Assembly (NCBI GenBank): GCA_963793305.1
Contig: CAWBZV010000005.1
Coordinates: 1,376,001-1,440,000, forward strand
DNA: 64,000 nt
Reading direction: 5' to 3'
Origin: an uncultured Gemmatimonadales bacterium
GTDB taxonomy: Bacteria > Gemmatimonadota > Gemmatimonadetes > Gemmatimonadales > Gemmatimonadaceae
Shown here: one piece after another, positions 33,347 to 47,329 of the stretch
Layout of the letters: each line of letters opens with the position of its first letter
Position numbering within the stretch: position 1 is the first letter of the stretch
Made by a program: the position numbers and the translations under genes
Notes under the pieces: generated by a model
Seen by the model: the letters and a program-made list of their open reading frames with translations, nothing else
What the model was told of the DNA's origin: nothing
Database searches by the model: none

Positions 33347-33992
33347 ATGCTCAAGCCCTTCAGCGGGACGATCTTGGCCGTCTATGGGTCTCTGATCCTT
33401 TCGGCCTGCGGCAATAGCTCGACAGGTCCGCATGCGCCCTCGCCGGCGCAGATCGCCAGGCACATCGACAGCCTGATGATTGCGACGCGCAACGGATCGC
33501 GTTTTGAGCTTCTCTTTGTCGCTTTGGACGGCCCCGCCGAGGGCGTTGCTCCGATCACGGTGTCGGTCACGACGGCTTCCGGACCCCAGCAGTGGCAAGG
33601 GTACATCTTGAAGTACGCGGGATCCGTCGCCAGCGCGGACTCGAACTTCGATCTGATCGCCTATAGCGACTACGCGCTGACGAATGTGCTCTGGGTCGAG
33701 AAGCGATACTTCTCCGCGCAGGAACGTCACGACGGCCGCCAACCTGCTCACGGATACCACGACCCTGATTTCTCAGGGTTCCGGTACCATGACCGCGATG
33801 ACGGAATCCACTGGCGGTTCCTGCCAACTCGCGTCCGGTCTCGATGATCCGAGCGTGCTTCCGCCCGGCACGTGCAACCTGGCGACGTTTACGGGAAGTC
33901 TCTCCTGGTCGTTTCCCGTCAGTGGGACGTTTCAGACGATCTCGATCGCCTCTCAGACCTTCTCAGGTCTGACCGATAGCACGAATCCATAG
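33347..33992 (+). CDS. Hypothetical lipoprotein (frameshift near 33723)
   Basis: Lipobox LSAC then NSSTGP; Thr/Ser-rich continuation in the next frame after GAACGTC. Confidence 0.65.
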
Positions 33993-34005
33993 GTTAGATT
34001 TCGCC

Positions 34006-35007
34006 ATGCCACGCACGCGCGCGTTCCCATACCCGGTAGCCGCCGAGGTGCCACTTTACCTGGCGCCAATGGCGGGGGTCTCGGAATCGCCCTTTCGCCG
34101 CCTCTGCCGGTCGTTCGGCGCCGACGTCGTGGTCACGGAGTTCCTGTCGGCCGAGGGCATCCGGCGCGAGAACCCGGCGACGTGGGACAAGCTGCGGTTC
34201 GGGCCCGATGAGCGGCCGATCGGCGTGCAGATCTTCGGCGCCGACGCGGGCGCCATGGGCGAGGCTGCCGCGCTGGTGACCGATGTCTTTCAGCCCGAGT
34301 TCATCGACATCAATTTCGGCTGCCCGGTCAAGAAAGTCGTGCGCCGGAACGGCGGGTCGGGATGTCTCAAAGATCTCGGCCTCGTCGAAGGCGTGATTCG
34401 AGCAGTTCGCGCCTCTACGTCCCTACCAGTCACGGTCAAGATCCGAAGTGGCTGGAGCGAAGAGATGCGCGACCCGGTCACGATCGCCCTGCGCTGTCAG
34501 GACGCAGGCGCCGGTGCCCTGACGTTGCATCCACGCACGCGCGCGCAGATGTACACGGGCGCCGCGCGCTGGGACGAGATCGCCGCGGTCGTCGACGCGC
34601 TCGACATCCCGGTCATCGGCAACGGTGACATCAAAACCGCCGCCGACGCACTCCGCATGCAGCAGCAGACTGGCTGCGCTGCCGTGATGATCGCCCGCGG
34701 CTCGTTCGGCCAGCCGTGGATCTTCACGCAAGCGCGCTCTCTCCTCGACGGGCGCGCGATGCCGAGCGAGCCACCCGTCCGCGAGCGGTTCGCCATCGCG
34801 CTCCATCACGCGAGGATGGTGATGGCGTACGAGGCCGACCTCAAAGGCGCGGCCATCGAGTTCCGCAAGCACCTCGGCTGGTACGTGAAGGGTTTGCCCG
34901 GCTCGGCCGAGCTGCGCCAGCGTCTCCACGCGGTGAACGCGTTCGACGAAGTCGAAGGGCTGTTCGCCGAGTATCTCGAACACTCGCACCAGCTCGCGGT
35001 CGCGTGA
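34006..35007 (+). CDS. dusB: tRNA-dihydrouridine synthase B
   Basis: LAPMAG, DINFGCPV, TVKIR, IGNGDI, RKHLGWY. Confidence 0.93.
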   Translation: MPRTRAFPYPVAAEVPLYLAPMAGVSESPFRRLCRSFGADVVVTEFLSAEGIRRENPATWDKLRFGPDERPIGVQIFGADAGAMGEAAALVTDVFQPEFIDINFGCPVKKVVRRNGGSGCLKDLGLVEGVIRAVRASTSLPVTVKIRSGWSEEMRDPVTIALRCQDAGAGALTLHPRTRAQMYTGAARWDEIAAVVDALDIPVIGNGDIKTAADALRMQQQTGCAAVMIARGSFGQPWIFTQARSLLDGRAMPSEPPVRERFAIALHHARMVMAYEADLKGAAIEFRKHLGWYVKGLPGSAELRQRLHAVNAFDEVEGLFAEYLEHSHQLAVA

Positions 35008-35789
35008 TTCGCGAGCAGGCGCTCGCCTTATTGCAGCAGGTCGCCGCGGGCACCCTCGACCCGCGACAAGCACTCGATGCGCTCGCGCTCGCGCCGGCCG
35101 CACAATCGCCGTACGCGACCGTCGATCACCATCGGGCCTTACGCCAAGGATTTCCCGAGGTCATCTACGCCTCCGGCAAGACGACCTCCCAAGTGCTCGC
35201 GATCGCCTCCGAGCTCGAGCCCCATGGTGATGGCGTATTGATCACCCGTTGCGATGTCGCGCTCTTTGCCGCGTTCGGCGACAAGTACCCGACGGCTGAG
35301 ATAAATGAGCTTGGCCGGACGGTCTACGTGCCGCCAACCGATCCGTCGAGAGTGCCGAAGGGCAAGGGAACAGTGCTCATCGTCACCGCCGGTACGAGCG
35401 ACCTCCCGGTGGCCGAGGAAGCCGCGGCGACCGCGAAAGCGCTCGGCGATACCGTTGCGCGGGCGACAGACGTTGGCGTCGCCGGCATTCACCGGGTACT
35501 CGCCCACGGCCGGGATCTCATGAGCGCCGCGGTCGTGATCGTCGTCGCCGGGATGGACGGCGCGCTGCCGTCAGTGGTCGGCGGGTTGGTGGGCGCGCCG
35601 GTGATCGCCGTGCCGACGAGCGTCGGATACGGCGCGAGCTTCCAAGGCCTGGCGCCGCTCCTCGCCATGCTGAACAGTTGCGCCGCCGGCGTGAGTGTAG
35701 TCAACATTGACAACGGGTTCGGCGCGGCAATGGCCGCCTCGCGGATCACCCACGCGTCGGTTAGATTTGATACGTCGGGGGCGAACTAG
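35004..35789 (+). CDS. larB: Nickel-pincer cofactor biosynthesis protein LarB family
   Basis: DHHRALRQGFPEV, AGTSDLPVAEEA, DVGVAGIHR, VPTSVGYG, VNIDNGFGAA. Confidence 0.9.
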   Translation: MIREQALALLQQVAAGTLDPRQALDALALAPAAQSPYATVDHHRALRQGFPEVIYASGKTTSQVLAIASELEPHGDGVLITRCDVALFAAFGDKYPTAEINELGRTVYVPPTDPSRVPKGKGTVLIVTAGTSDLPVAEEAAATAKALGDTVARATDVGVAGIHRVLAHGRDLMSAAVVIVVAGMDGALPSVVGGLVGAPVIAVPTSVGYGASFQGLAPLLAMLNSCAAGVSVVNIDNGFGAAMAASRITHASVRFDTSGAN

Positions 35790-36134
35790 GCTCGACATGT
35801 GTCGGTATATCGGTGTTGCGTGCCCAGGTCCTCGGGCTCCTGGTAAAACACTCGGGAAAAAATCACAAAAGCCAACAACAACATGGCTCTGGCTGCGTAA
35901 CTTCGGTTGCGCGCCTTGCCGTTAGGGAAGCCCGCCCGGGGCGGCTCCGACGGTATCGCAAATCTGGGCTAGCTGAGCGTCGCGCCTTCCGACGCCTAGC
36001 GAATCTCTATGAGGGCTCGTCCAGCAGTGGGTTGCTCACTGGCCAGCGGCTGGAGACTTTAAGTAGCGAGCTACGCACGTAGACGCGCTGATTGATCGGC
36101 GGCATGGACCGGGGGGCAGTACCCCGCGCCTCCA
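35777..36134 (+). ncRNA. ssrA: tmRNA, one-piece, tag peptide ANNNMALAA
   Basis: 5' GGGGGCG pairs with 3' CGCCTCC plus A; tag ORF 35871-35900; T-arm CGGGG/GGCAGTA/CCCCG; 358 nt. Confidence 0.93.
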
Positions 36135-36135
36135 T

Positions 36136-36174
36136 TGACAACTAAGGCGTCCCTTCGGGGGCGCCTTAGTGTCA
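36136..36174 (+). terminator. Strong hairpin after ssrA
   Basis: ACTAAGGCGTCCC-TTCG-GGGGCGCCTTAGT. Confidence 0.75.
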
Positions 36175-36275
36175 TCATGCATGTGCGGAGAGTCGCACTG
36201 TGTCGTAGCTACGCGACGAGTCGCGAAGCGACGAGGAGATGAGTTTCGTTTTACCCCGTGTCTCGTCTCTGAGAC

Positions 36276-38246
36276 GTGAAACGTTGGGGTATCGCCGCCA
36301 AAATCTCCCTCGCCGTCACCCTCGCCGCGGTCCTCGGCGTCGGACTGGCGGGCGGATTCGCCTGGCGCGAAACCGATAACCGTTTCCTCGCCCACGATCT
36401 CGCCAACGCCGACGGCCAACTCGGCAACGATGTCAAGATCGCCAGAGCCTTATTCGATACGCAGGTGCCCGGCCCGTGGCACATCGTGCCGGCCCGTCCC
36501 ACGGACGCCCCGACCGATTTCTACAACGGCAACGGCAAGAAGGACGAGTACAAAGGGTCGGAGAAGCTGGCCGGCTATCTGTACAAGGGCACGACCAAGA
36601 TCATGGGCGACCATGATATCGAGAACACGCTCCTCTCGATCGACAGCCTGACCGGCGTCGAATTCACGATCTCGCAGCGCATCCCGCCCCCGGCGGAGGC
36701 CTCGGCCGATCCCACGGTCGGCGGCGCGACAATGGGCCGCGCCCTCCGCCTGGCAACGACCGTGTCCCGCCTCGATGCCAACGGTGTCCGCCAGGTCCAG
36801 CTCCTGACGGTGATGCCGACGCGTTCGACGCAGACGGGCAAGGTCGTCGGCGCTGGCGCGGCCTTCGCGAGCGGCTCGACGTTCACCGGCCGCGCCATGG
36901 TCGCCGGCGAGGATCGCTGGACGCGATATGAGCCGATCGTCGACGCGGACGGCCAGGTCATCGGGATCTTCTACAGCGGGCTCCCGTTGGCCCCCTACGT
37001 CGCGCAAGCCCACCACGCATCGGCCGCCGTCGCCCTCGTGACCGACAGCGTCGGGCTCGTCGTGGTCCTCATGATCTGCGTCGGCGTGTTCCTGCTCGTC
37101 CGCTACCTCCTCGGTCCGCTGCAATCGATCCGCTCGGCCGCGATCGCACTCGCCGCCGGCCAGCTCGACTCCCGCGTACCGGTGCTCGACGACAGCGAGA
37201 TCGGCCACGTCGGCAAAGCCTTCAACGACATGGCGGCGCAGCTCGAGCAACTGAACGAGCGGATCGTGATCTCGACCGAGCAGCTTACCGCGTCGAGCAA
37301 ACAAGTCGACGCCGCCGCCAGCGCCGCATCCGTGGCCACGCAGCAAGTCGCGAGCTCGATCGGCGAGGTCTCGCACGGGGCCGCCGAGTCGGCCGCGCGC
37401 GTCGAGGAAGCCACGAAACAGGCGCACCAGGCGCTCGTGCACGTGCGCTCGATTCAGGACGAAGTCGGACGCGCGCTCATCGAAGCCGGCGCCACGGACG
37501 CGATGGCGTCCGATGGTCACCGCCTCATCGCGCATAGCCTGAACGTGACCAGCGGCGTGCGCGACACGGTCGGACGCGCCAAGGGCGTGATGGTCGACCT
37601 CGAGGCGCAAGCCGAGCAGATTCAGTCCATCGTCGCGATGATCAAGCGCATTGCGTCGCAGACGAACCTCCTGGCGCTGAACGCGGCGATCGAAGCCGCG
37701 CGCGCCGGCGACGCGGGCCGCGGATTCGCGGTCGTCGCCAACGAGATCCGCTCGCTCGCCGACGAAGTGCGCAAGTCGTCCGACAACATCGGCGAGATCG
37801 TCGGCGAGACGAAGCGCCGCACGGGCAGCGCCGTCGCGCTCATGAGCGATGTCGACGCCGAGACGCAAGCGGGCGCCGACGCCGTGCGGGAGAGCGACGA
37901 GGCGTTCCGGAACATCTCCACGGCGGTCACGCACTTGAGCACGCAGATCATGGCGATCAAGACCGCCGCCGAAGCCGTCGCCTCCGGGGTGGCGCTCCTC
38001 GACACCGCGATCGCCGGCGTCGCCGCGATTGCCCAGGAGAGCGCCGCGACCAGCGAAGAAGTCTCGGCACTCGCCGAGGAGCAAACCGCGACGCTCGCCG
38101 AGATCACGCGCGAGATCCACGAGGTGTCGAACATGGCCGAGGCGCTGCGCCAGGTCGTGGGCGCCACGACGACCGGCAACTGGGCGACCACGACCGCGAT
38201 CCGCGCCGCCGCGCCACGTCCGAAAACGGCGATGGCAGCAGACTAA
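36276..38246 (+). CDS. Methyl-accepting chemotaxis protein (periplasmic Cache-like sensor, HAMP, MCP signalling domain)
   Basis: Two TM helices, [34 protein letters not shown]. Confidence 0.94.
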   Translation: MKRWGIAAKISLAVTLAAVLGVGLAGGFAWRETDNRFLAHDLANADGQLGNDVKIARALFDTQVPGPWHIVPARPTDAPTDFYNGNGKKDEYKGSEKLAGYLYKGTTKIMGDHDIENTLLSIDSLTGVEFTISQRIPPPAEASADPTVGGATMGRALRLATTVSRLDANGVRQVQLLTVMPTRSTQTGKVVGAGAAFASGSTFTGRAMVAGEDRWTRYEPIVDADGQVIGIFYSGLPLAPYVAQAHHASAAVALVTDSVGLVVVLMICVGVFLLVRYLLGPLQSIRSAAIALAAGQLDSRVPVLDDSEIGHVGKAFNDMAAQLEQLNERIVISTEQLTASSKQVDAAASAASVATQQVASSIGEVSHGAAESAARVEEATKQAHQALVHVRSIQDEVGRALIEAGATDAMASDGHRLIAHSLNVTSGVRDTVGRAKGVMVDLEAQAEQIQSIVAMIKRIASQTNLLALNAAIEAARAGDAGRGFAVVANEIRSLADEVRKSSDNIGEIVGETKRRTGSAVALMSDVDAETQAGADAVRESDEAFRNISTAVTHLSTQIMAIKTAAEAVASGVALLDTAIAGVAAIAQESAATSEEVSALAEEQTATLAEITREIHEVSNMAEALRQVVGATTTGNWATTTAIRAAAPRPKTAMAAD

Positions 38247-38326
38247 GCTGTCGAGGTCTACGGTATCATCGGGACGACAAAACTTGGATCTGTCTCCCGT
38301 CCTTGGTCCGCGCTACTCATGATGCC

Positions 38327-38611
38327 ATGCGTCATCCGGACCAGATCGAGGTGCAGAACGTCAACCACCCCGGGCGGATTTCAATCGTCGACGCGCGGAT
38401 GTACGTCGCGATCAAAACGGCATTCCTGGCCATCCTCCCGACGGGCACCCCGGGTCTCACGGTAGCGCAAATTCAGGAGCTGGCGAAGCATCGCTTTCCG
38501 CGCAATGTGAACGCGAGCTGGTGGGTGAAGACGGTGCAGCTCGACCTGGAGGCGAAGGGGATTATCGCCCGCGAACGGTCTTCGCCAATTCGCCTTTATC
38601 GAGTCAACTAG
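38327..38611 (+). CDS. Small hypothetical protein (DUF6958-like, possible winged helix)
   Basis: WWVKTVQLDLEAKGII motif; family assignment from recall only. Confidence 0.6.
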   Translation: MRHPDQIEVQNVNHPGRISIVDARMYVAIKTAFLAILPTGTPGLTVAQIQELAKHRFPRNVNASWWVKTVQLDLEAKGIIARERSSPIRLYRVN

Positions 38612-39452
38612 CCGAAGATCTTCTCGGCGAGCGCCCGAACGCTCGCATGCGTCACGCCGCGCTCGCTGAGCGCTCGCAATCCGTGCGCTGGTCGCAGCGC
38701 GAGATAGGCGAGAAGGATGTGATGCGAGGCCAGCGCGCAGTCGCCCAGGAACTGCTGCTCACTCTTCGCGGCCGTGAGCAACTCACGGACCGACGTGGTG
38801 GCGCGGTTGCCCGCATCACGCGCATCGATCTCGTCCGACAACGCCACCATGTCAACGCCATGCATTTCGAGCACGTGGCGTGCACCGCTGTTGTCGGCCA
38901 GCACGGCGAGTAGAAGATCCTCGGGCGTCCGCGGACTCTTCACCTCGGCCAGGCTGTCCGCGAGCTGCCGTGTGAGAGCCCCGAGCTCAGAGACCCACTC
39001 TGAACCGGTGGCCTCACCGAGGAGCCGTCGGATCTCGCTGACGGTGCCGTCCAACGTGACGCCGAGCGCGGCCAGCGACTGCGCGGCAATCGACTCGCCT
39101 TCGCGAATGAGCCCCAGCAGGATATGCTCCTGCCCTACGTATATGTGGTCGAGATCACGCGCGGCAGCCATCGAGAGCTCAATCACTCTCTTGGCGCGCG
39201 AGGTGAACGGCAGGCCCTTTTCCCCAATCGGCGACGCCGAGCCACGCTCGACTCGACGTAGGACTTCGCGCTCGACCGTCGAGGGGTCGACCTGGAATTT
39301 CTTCAGCGCAGCCGCCGCGACACCATCCATGGTGCGCACGAGCCCGAGCAATACGTGCTCACAGCCAACAGACGGTTGGCCGAGACCAGCGGCCTCATGG
39401 AGCGCTCTAGCGAGTGTGTGCCTGACCCCTTCGGTGAAAGTGTACCCTTCCA

Positions 39453-39453
<1 letters not shown>
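38608..39453 (-). CDS. Stand-alone Clp N-terminal repeat domain protein
   Basis: VGCEHVLLGL, PFTSRAKRVIEL, VGQEHILLGL; no Walker A/B motifs. Confidence 0.85.
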
Positions 39454-42209
<2,756 letters not shown>

Positions 42210-42293
42210 AGCGCTGCTATTACCTCCTCCTCGCGCCTTGGTGGCCGGGCGCCTCGTCCGCCTTCGTGCTCACCAGGATCTCGATCGTGCTCC

Positions 42294-43685
42294 CTAACAC
42301 CCGCAGCCGAATCTAAGCTTGTCGGGGTCAGTCGGTGGAGGAGTGGGATAGTCGCCCGAGAAGCAGGCGTGGCAGAATCCTGAAGGCGTCCCGGGTACAG
42401 GCACGGACTCGAGCATTCCCTCGAGCGACAGGTACCCCAGCGAATCCACGCCGAGGTCTTTCGCGATCTCGTCGACCGTGAGGTTCGCCGCGATCAGCTC
42501 CTCGCGGTTCGGGGTGTCGATGCCGTAGTAGCACGGGCCCGTGATGGGCGCCGAGCTCACGCGCATGTGCACTTCGCGTGCGCCGGCCGCGCGGATCATG
42601 GCGACGAGGCCGCGGGTCGTGGTGCCACGGACGATCGAGTCGTCGACCATGACGACGCTCTTGCCGTCGAGCACGTGGCGCACGGCGTTGTACTTGACCT
42701 TTACTTTCGCATCGCGCCCAGCCTGCGTCGGCTGAATAAACGTGCGCCCGACGTAGTGATTGCGGATCAGCGCGAACTCGAACGGCAACCCGGACTCGTC
42801 GGAGTAGCCGAGCGCGGCCGAGTTCGATGAGTCGGGCACGCTGAACACGAGATCGGCGTCCGGGGCAGGGCACTCTCTGGCCAGCCGCCGGCCGAGCTCC
42901 CGTCGCGAATCCTCGACGGTCGCGCCGAACACGGTGCTATCGGGCCGGGCGAAGTACACATGCTCGAACACGCACCGGTGCAGTTCGCGCGGCCTGAGCG
43001 CCTGATACGCGCTGCGGCCATCGGCGTTGACGGTAATGATTTCGCCGGGCTTGACCTCGCATTCGAGCGTCGCGCCGACGATGTCCATGGCGCAGGTCTC
43101 CGACGCGAACACCGTCGCCCCGTCGAGCGATCCCATCACCAGCGGCCGGAACCCGCGCGGGTCACGCGCCGCGAGCAGCGTATCGCCGATCATCACCAAG
43201 AGCGCATACGCCCCTTCGACTCCAGCCAACGCCTGCGCGAGCTGCTCGGTCGGGGTCGAGGCGTCGGCCGTCGCCAGGCGATGCAGCAGCACCTCGGAGT
43301 CGCTGGTCGACGTGAAGATCGATCCACGATCCTCGAGCTCCAGCCGGAGCTCGGTCGCATTCGTGAGGTTGCCGTTGTGCGCGAGCCCGATCGGCGTTCC
43401 GCGGAACTGCACCAGCAACGGCTGCGCATTGTCGAGTGAGGTCGACCCGGCCGTGCTGTACCGCGTATGCCCGATCGCGATCGAGCCGGGCAGCTCGTTC
43501 TCGATGCGGTCCATTGGGAACGCGTCGGAGACGAGCCCCATCGCCCGCAACCGGTGCGCGCGATGATCGGCGTCGACCGAGATGATGCCGGCCGACTCTT
43601 GCCCGCGATGCTGCAGCGAGTAGAGCCCCAAATGCGTAACGGCCGCGGCATGGGCGGACCCGCGGACGCCGAATAACCCACACAT
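42294..43685 (-). CDS. purF: Amidophosphoribosyltransferase
   Basis: N-terminal MCG, LQHRGQES, GHTRYST, VDDSIVRGTT. Confidence 0.97.
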   Translation of the reverse strand: MCGLFGVRGSAHAAAVTHLGLYSLQHRGQESAGIISVDADHRAHRLRAMGLVSDAFPMDRIENELPGSIAIGHTRYSTAGSTSLDNAQPLLVQFRGTPIGLAHNGNLTNATELRLELEDRGSIFTSTSDSEVLLHRLATADASTPTEQLAQALAGVEGAYALLVMIGDTLLAARDPRGFRPLVMGSLDGATVFASETCAMDIVGATLECEVKPGEIITVNADGRSAYQALRPRELHRCVFEHVYFARPDSTVFGATVEDSRRELGRRLARECPAPDADLVFSVPDSSNSAALGYSDESGLPFEFALIRNHYVGRTFIQPTQAGRDAKVKVKYNAVRHVLDGKSVVMVDDSIVRGTTTRGLVAMIRAAGAREVHMRVSSAPITGPCYYGIDTPNREELIAANLTVDEIAKDLGVDSLGYLSLEGMLESVPVPGTPSGFCHACFSGDYPTPPPTDPDKLRFGCGC

Positions 43686-43690
43686 TGTCG

Positions 43691-45970
43691 CTAGACCGTA
43701 GTCAGAGGTTCCTCCGCCACCGCGACCGCGGCGGCGGATCCGGACATGATCGACGGGATCGCGTCGTGAAACGCCCGCGCCAGCTTCTCCACCTCGATCA
43801 GCATGGCATTGATTCGAAAGCCGGCCGTTTTCGCTCGCACCGTCCCGATACGCCTGGCGGGTACTCCGTGCGCCCCAGCCACGGCCAACACCGCCGCGGG
43901 ATCCGGCGTCGATATCACGACGCGACCTTGTCCCTCACCGAAAAGTAGCGCGTTGCGAGGCAGCTTGGCCCACGCTCCGAGGTCGAGCTCGGCGCCCTTG
44001 AGCGCCTCGATGTCGCCCACACAGCACTCCGAGAGCGCCACGGCGAGGCCGCCATCGGATACGTCATGGGCCGACCGCACGACCCCGCGCCCGATCGCGT
44101 CGAGCACCGCGTCGATCAGCTTGCGTTCCGCTTCCAAGTCGCACGCGGGCGGTGCACCGGCCACCATCCCATGAATGGTCGCCAGATACTCGCTGCCGCC
44201 CAACTCCGCCGTCGGCTCCCCGAACAAGACGATGGCGTCATCGAGGCACGTGAACGTGCTCGGCGTCGCGTTCGTGACGGGGTCGACGATGCCGACCATG
44301 CCCACGACCGGCGTCGGGTAGATCGCTCCGCTCGGGTTCTCGTTGTAGAGGGACACGTTGCCGCCAGTGACCGGCGTGCCGAGCGCTCGGCATGCCTCAC
44401 CCATACCCGCGATGGCCTCGCGCAGCTGGTAATAGACCTCGGGTCGCGTCGGATTGCCGAAGTTGAGGCAATTCGTGATCGCCATTGGCCGGCCTCCGAC
44501 GCAGGCGACATTCCGCGCCGCCTCGGCTACCGCGATCCGGCCACCCATTCTCGGGTCTAGGTACGTGTACCGCCCGTTGCCGTCGGTCTTGATCGCCAGC
44601 GCGCGGTTGGTGTCCCTGATTCTCACGACTGCCGCGTCCCCGCCGCCCGGACCGAGCACGGTATTGGTCTGCACGCTCGTGTCGTACTGGCGTGTCACCC
44701 ACCGCTTGCTCGCGATCGTCGGCGCGGCCAGTAGCCGCAGCAGCGTCTCGACCGCCTCTGTCTCGGGCAGCCCAGACAGGTCCCTCTCCCGGAGCTCGCG
44801 GATCGTGTCATCCTCGCGGGCGTTCGGCGTGTAGAACGGACACGAGGACACGAGCTCCGACCCGGGAAACTCCGCCACGACCCGCGAGCCTTCGGTGACC
44901 CGATACACGGGCTCCGCGATGACCTCACCGATGACCGCGGCCGCGAGATCCCACTTGGCGAGGATCTCCTCGACCTGCCGCTCCCGCCCACGCTTGGCGA
45001 CGACGAGCATGCGCTCCTGCGACTCGCTCAGCAGGATCTCATACGGCGTCATGCCGGTCTCGCGCACGGGCATCTTCGTCACGTCGATCGTGACGCCGAC
45101 ATCGCCCCGCGCCGCCATCTCGGCCGAGGACGACGTGAGGCCGGCCGCACCCATGTCCTGGATCGCGACGATATGCCCGCTCGTGATCAGCTCGAGGCTG
45201 GCCTCGAGGAGCAGCTTCTCAGTGAACGGATCGCCGACTTGCACGCGTGGCCGCTTGGCGTCGCTGGCCGCCGTCAGGTCTTCTGACGCAAACGAGGCCC
45301 CATGTATGCCGTCCCGTCCCGTCCGAGCCCCGACCGCAATGATCGGGTTGCCGACACCCTCGGCCTTGGCGCGGATCAATTCCTCTTCGCGCATGAGGCC
45401 GACGCACATGGCGTTCACCAATGGGTTGCCGGCGTACGACGGGTCGAATACCACCTCGCCGGCAACGGTGGGGATGCCCACGCAATTCCCGTAGTCGCCG
45501 ATCCCGCGCACCACGCCGGCGAACAGATAGCGCACGCGTGGCGAGTCGAGAGAGCCGAAGCGCAGCGAGTTCAGGACCGCAATAGGCCGCGCACCCATCG
45601 TGAACACGTCGCGTAGGATTCCACCGACGCCGGTCGCAGCCCCTTGGTACGGCTCGACGGCCGAGGGATGATTGTGCGACTCGATCTTGAACGCCACTGC
45701 CCAGCCATCGCCAACGGAGATGACGCCCGCGTTCTCGCCGGGGCCCTGTAACACATACGGCGCGGTCGTGGGCAGGCCGCGCAGCAAGGGGCGCGAGTGT
45801 TTGTACGAGCAGTGCTCGCTCCAGAGCGCCGAGACGATGCCGAGTTCCGTAAAGGTCGGCTCTCGGCCGAGCAGACGAACGATGCGCTGATACTCGTCCG
45901 GCGTGATTCCATGCTCGGCGATGAGCGCCGGCGTGATGATCGGATCACCGGGACGAGGCTGGACTGGCAT
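43691..45970 (-). CDS. purL: FGAM synthase subunit PurL
   Basis: [35 protein letters not shown]. Confidence 0.97.
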   Translation of the reverse strand: MPVQPRPGDPIITPALIAEHGITPDEYQRIVRLLGREPTFTELGIVSALWSEHCSYKHSRPLLRGLPTTAPYVLQGPGENAGVISVGDGWAVAFKIESHNHPSAVEPYQGAATGVGGILRDVFTMGARPIAVLNSLRFGSLDSPRVRYLFAGVVRGIGDYGNCVGIPTVAGEVVFDPSYAGNPLVNAMCVGLMREEELIRAKAEGVGNPIIAVGARTGRDGIHGASFASEDLTAASDAKRPRVQVGDPFTEKLLLEASLELITSGHIVAIQDMGAAGLTSSSAEMAARGDVGVTIDVTKMPVRETGMTPYEILLSESQERMLVVAKRGRERQVEEILAKWDLAAAVIGEVIAEPVYRVTEGSRVVAEFPGSELVSSCPFYTPNAREDDTIRELRERDLSGLPETEAVETLLRLLAAPTIASKRWVTRQYDTSVQTNTVLGPGGGDAAVVRIRDTNRALAIKTDGNGRYTYLDPRMGGRIAVAEAARNVACVGGRPMAITNCLNFGNPTRPEVYYQLREAIAGMGEACRALGTPVTGGNVSLYNENPSGAIYPTPVVGMVGIVDPVTNATPSTFTCLDDAIVLFGEPTAELGGSEYLATIHGMVAGAPPACDLEAERKLIDAVLDAIGRGVVRSAHDVSDGGLAVALSECCVGDIEALKGAELDLGAWAKLPRNALLFGEGQGRVVISTPDPAAVLAVAGAHGVPARRIGTVRAKTAGFRINAMLIEVEKLARAFHDAIPSIMSGSAAAVAVAEEPLTTV

Positions 45971-46410
45971 CAGTGCGGAGCGGCGGCCGAGTCCTTCTTC
46001 GGCACGATGTATTGGTATTGGGGCGGGGCGGCGGGTGGCCGCGGACCTTCGAACACCATGCCGCTCCGGTGCGTGCTATCCCCGGCCGTGGCGGGAGTGA
46101 TCGGTGGCGGCGCGGCCCGCTGTGAGGCGTTTCCCGTGAGAGTCGTCGGCGCGCCCGTCCCGGTATAGCTGTGTCCCGCGGACCGGATGACCGCATCGAC
46201 GACCCGGTCGTAATCGAGAATCACGAGATCGTCGCCACATTTGCGCGAGCATCCGGCATCGAAGAGCAGGTAATCATGCGCGCCGAAATGTCGCGCCGAC
46301 GCCGGTCGCCCCAGGATGTCGATGACCTGTTGGCGCGTCATACCTGGCTCGATCGCGGTCTGCGCGGCGAGAGGTGCGCTCACCAACAGAAGGAGAAGGG
46401 CAGCTCTCAT
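45970..46410 (-). CDS. Exported hypothetical protein (BamE/SmpA-like N-terminal motif)
   Basis: Signal peptide, [17 protein letters not shown], CxxxC; coupled to purQ and purL. Confidence 0.6.
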   Translation of the reverse strand: MRAALLLLLVSAPLAAQTAIEPGMTRQQVIDILGRPASARHFGAHDYLLFDAGCSRKCGDDLVILDYDRVVDAVIRSAGHSYTGTGAPTTLTGNASQRAAPPPITPATAGDSTHRSGMVFEGPRPPAAPPQYQYIVPKKDSAAAPH

Positions 46411-47075
46411 GCGGGCACCCGTGCGAGGAGGGATGAGAAGATCGCGAGTCCGTCGTCCCCTCCAACGAGGGGATCAACGACCCGCTCGGGATGCGGCATT
46501 ACGCCGAGCACATTCCCAGCTTCGTTCACGATCCCGGCGATATCACGCGCCGAGCCATTCGGATTCACCCCGTGATATCGAAAGATCACCCGATTCTTGG
46601 ACTCGAGCTCGTCGAGCGTTGCGTCGTCGGCCGTGTAGCGCCCCTCGCCGTGGGCAATGGGGAATCGTACGATCTGGCCGGTCGAGTAATTCGATGAGAA
46701 GAGACTCTCCGTGGTCTCGACGCGGAGTCGCACGGGCTCGCAGATGTACTGCAGGCCGGCGTTGCGCATGAGCGCTCCAGGGAGCAGGCCAGCCTCGCAC
46801 GCGACCTGAAACCCATTGCAGATCGCGAGGACCGGCCCGCCACGCTTCGCATGGGCAATGACATCGGTCATGATCGGGCTGAATCGCGCGATCGCGCCGG
46901 CGCGGAGATAATCACCGTAGGCGAAGCCGCCCGGAAGGATCACGACATCGACGTCCTGCAGGTCGTGGTCTTTGTGCCAGAGATACACGGCTTCTTCGCC
47001 AATGACGTTGACGACCGCGTGATAGGCGTCGGTGTCGCAGTTGGATCCGGGGAAACGAACGATACCGAATTTCAT
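46407..47075 (-). CDS. purQ: FGAM synthase subunit PurQ
   Basis: FPGSNC, PGGFAYGDYLR, ICNGFQ, MPHPER. Confidence 0.96.
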   Translation of the reverse strand: MKFGIVRFPGSNCDTDAYHAVVNVIGEEAVYLWHKDHDLQDVDVVILPGGFAYGDYLRAGAIARFSPIMTDVIAHAKRGGPVLAICNGFQVACEAGLLPGALMRNAGLQYICEPVRLRVETTESLFSSNYSTGQIVRFPIAHGEGRYTADDATLDELESKNRVIFRYHGVNPNGSARDIAGIVNEAGNVLGVMPHPERVVDPLVGGDDGLAIFSSLLARVPA

Positions 47076-47329
47076 AGCGTCTCCACTCTCGTGATCGCGA
47101 AGTCCTCGATGACCGGGTTCGCGAGGAGCTTCTTGCACATCGCGCCCACCGATTCGCGCGCGCCGCTCTCGTTCGGTGCGTCAGCGTCCACGACGACATA
47201 GCGGCCAACGTGTACGTCGGTGACGCCGGCGAAGCCGAGCGTCCGCAACGCGTCGGCGACGGCCTTGCCCTGCGGGTCGAGAATGCCTTCGCGCGGCTTG
47301 ATCTCTACCGACACCCGATATCGCGTCAT
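47072..47329 (-). CDS. purS: FGAM synthase subunit PurS
   Basis: LDPQGKA, LLANPVIE. Confidence 0.95.
   Translation of the reverse strand: MTRYRVSVEIKPREGILDPQGKAVADALRTLGFAGVTDVHVGRYVVVDADAPNESGARESVGAMCKKLLANPVIEDFAITRVETL

Noticed and set aside
35004..35789. purE assignment
   Set aside because: The N-terminal DHHR..RQGFPEV domain and AGTSD/PTSVGYG motifs fit LarB, a PurE-fold relative.
35790..36275. Riboswitch or small ORFs (e.g. 35813-36082) upstream of the chemoreceptor
   Set aside because: The region is explained by tmRNA and its downstream hairpin.
36450..38120. Long antisense ORFs (also 55077-56747, 21879-23234, 49809-51152)
   Set aside because: Shadow frames of high-GC genes with no recognisable motifs.
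27969..38611. Prophage or integrative element at guaA or ssrA
   Set aside because: No integrase, transposase, phage genes or duplicated 3' att sequence found by eye; core-type genes such as dusB are interspersed.
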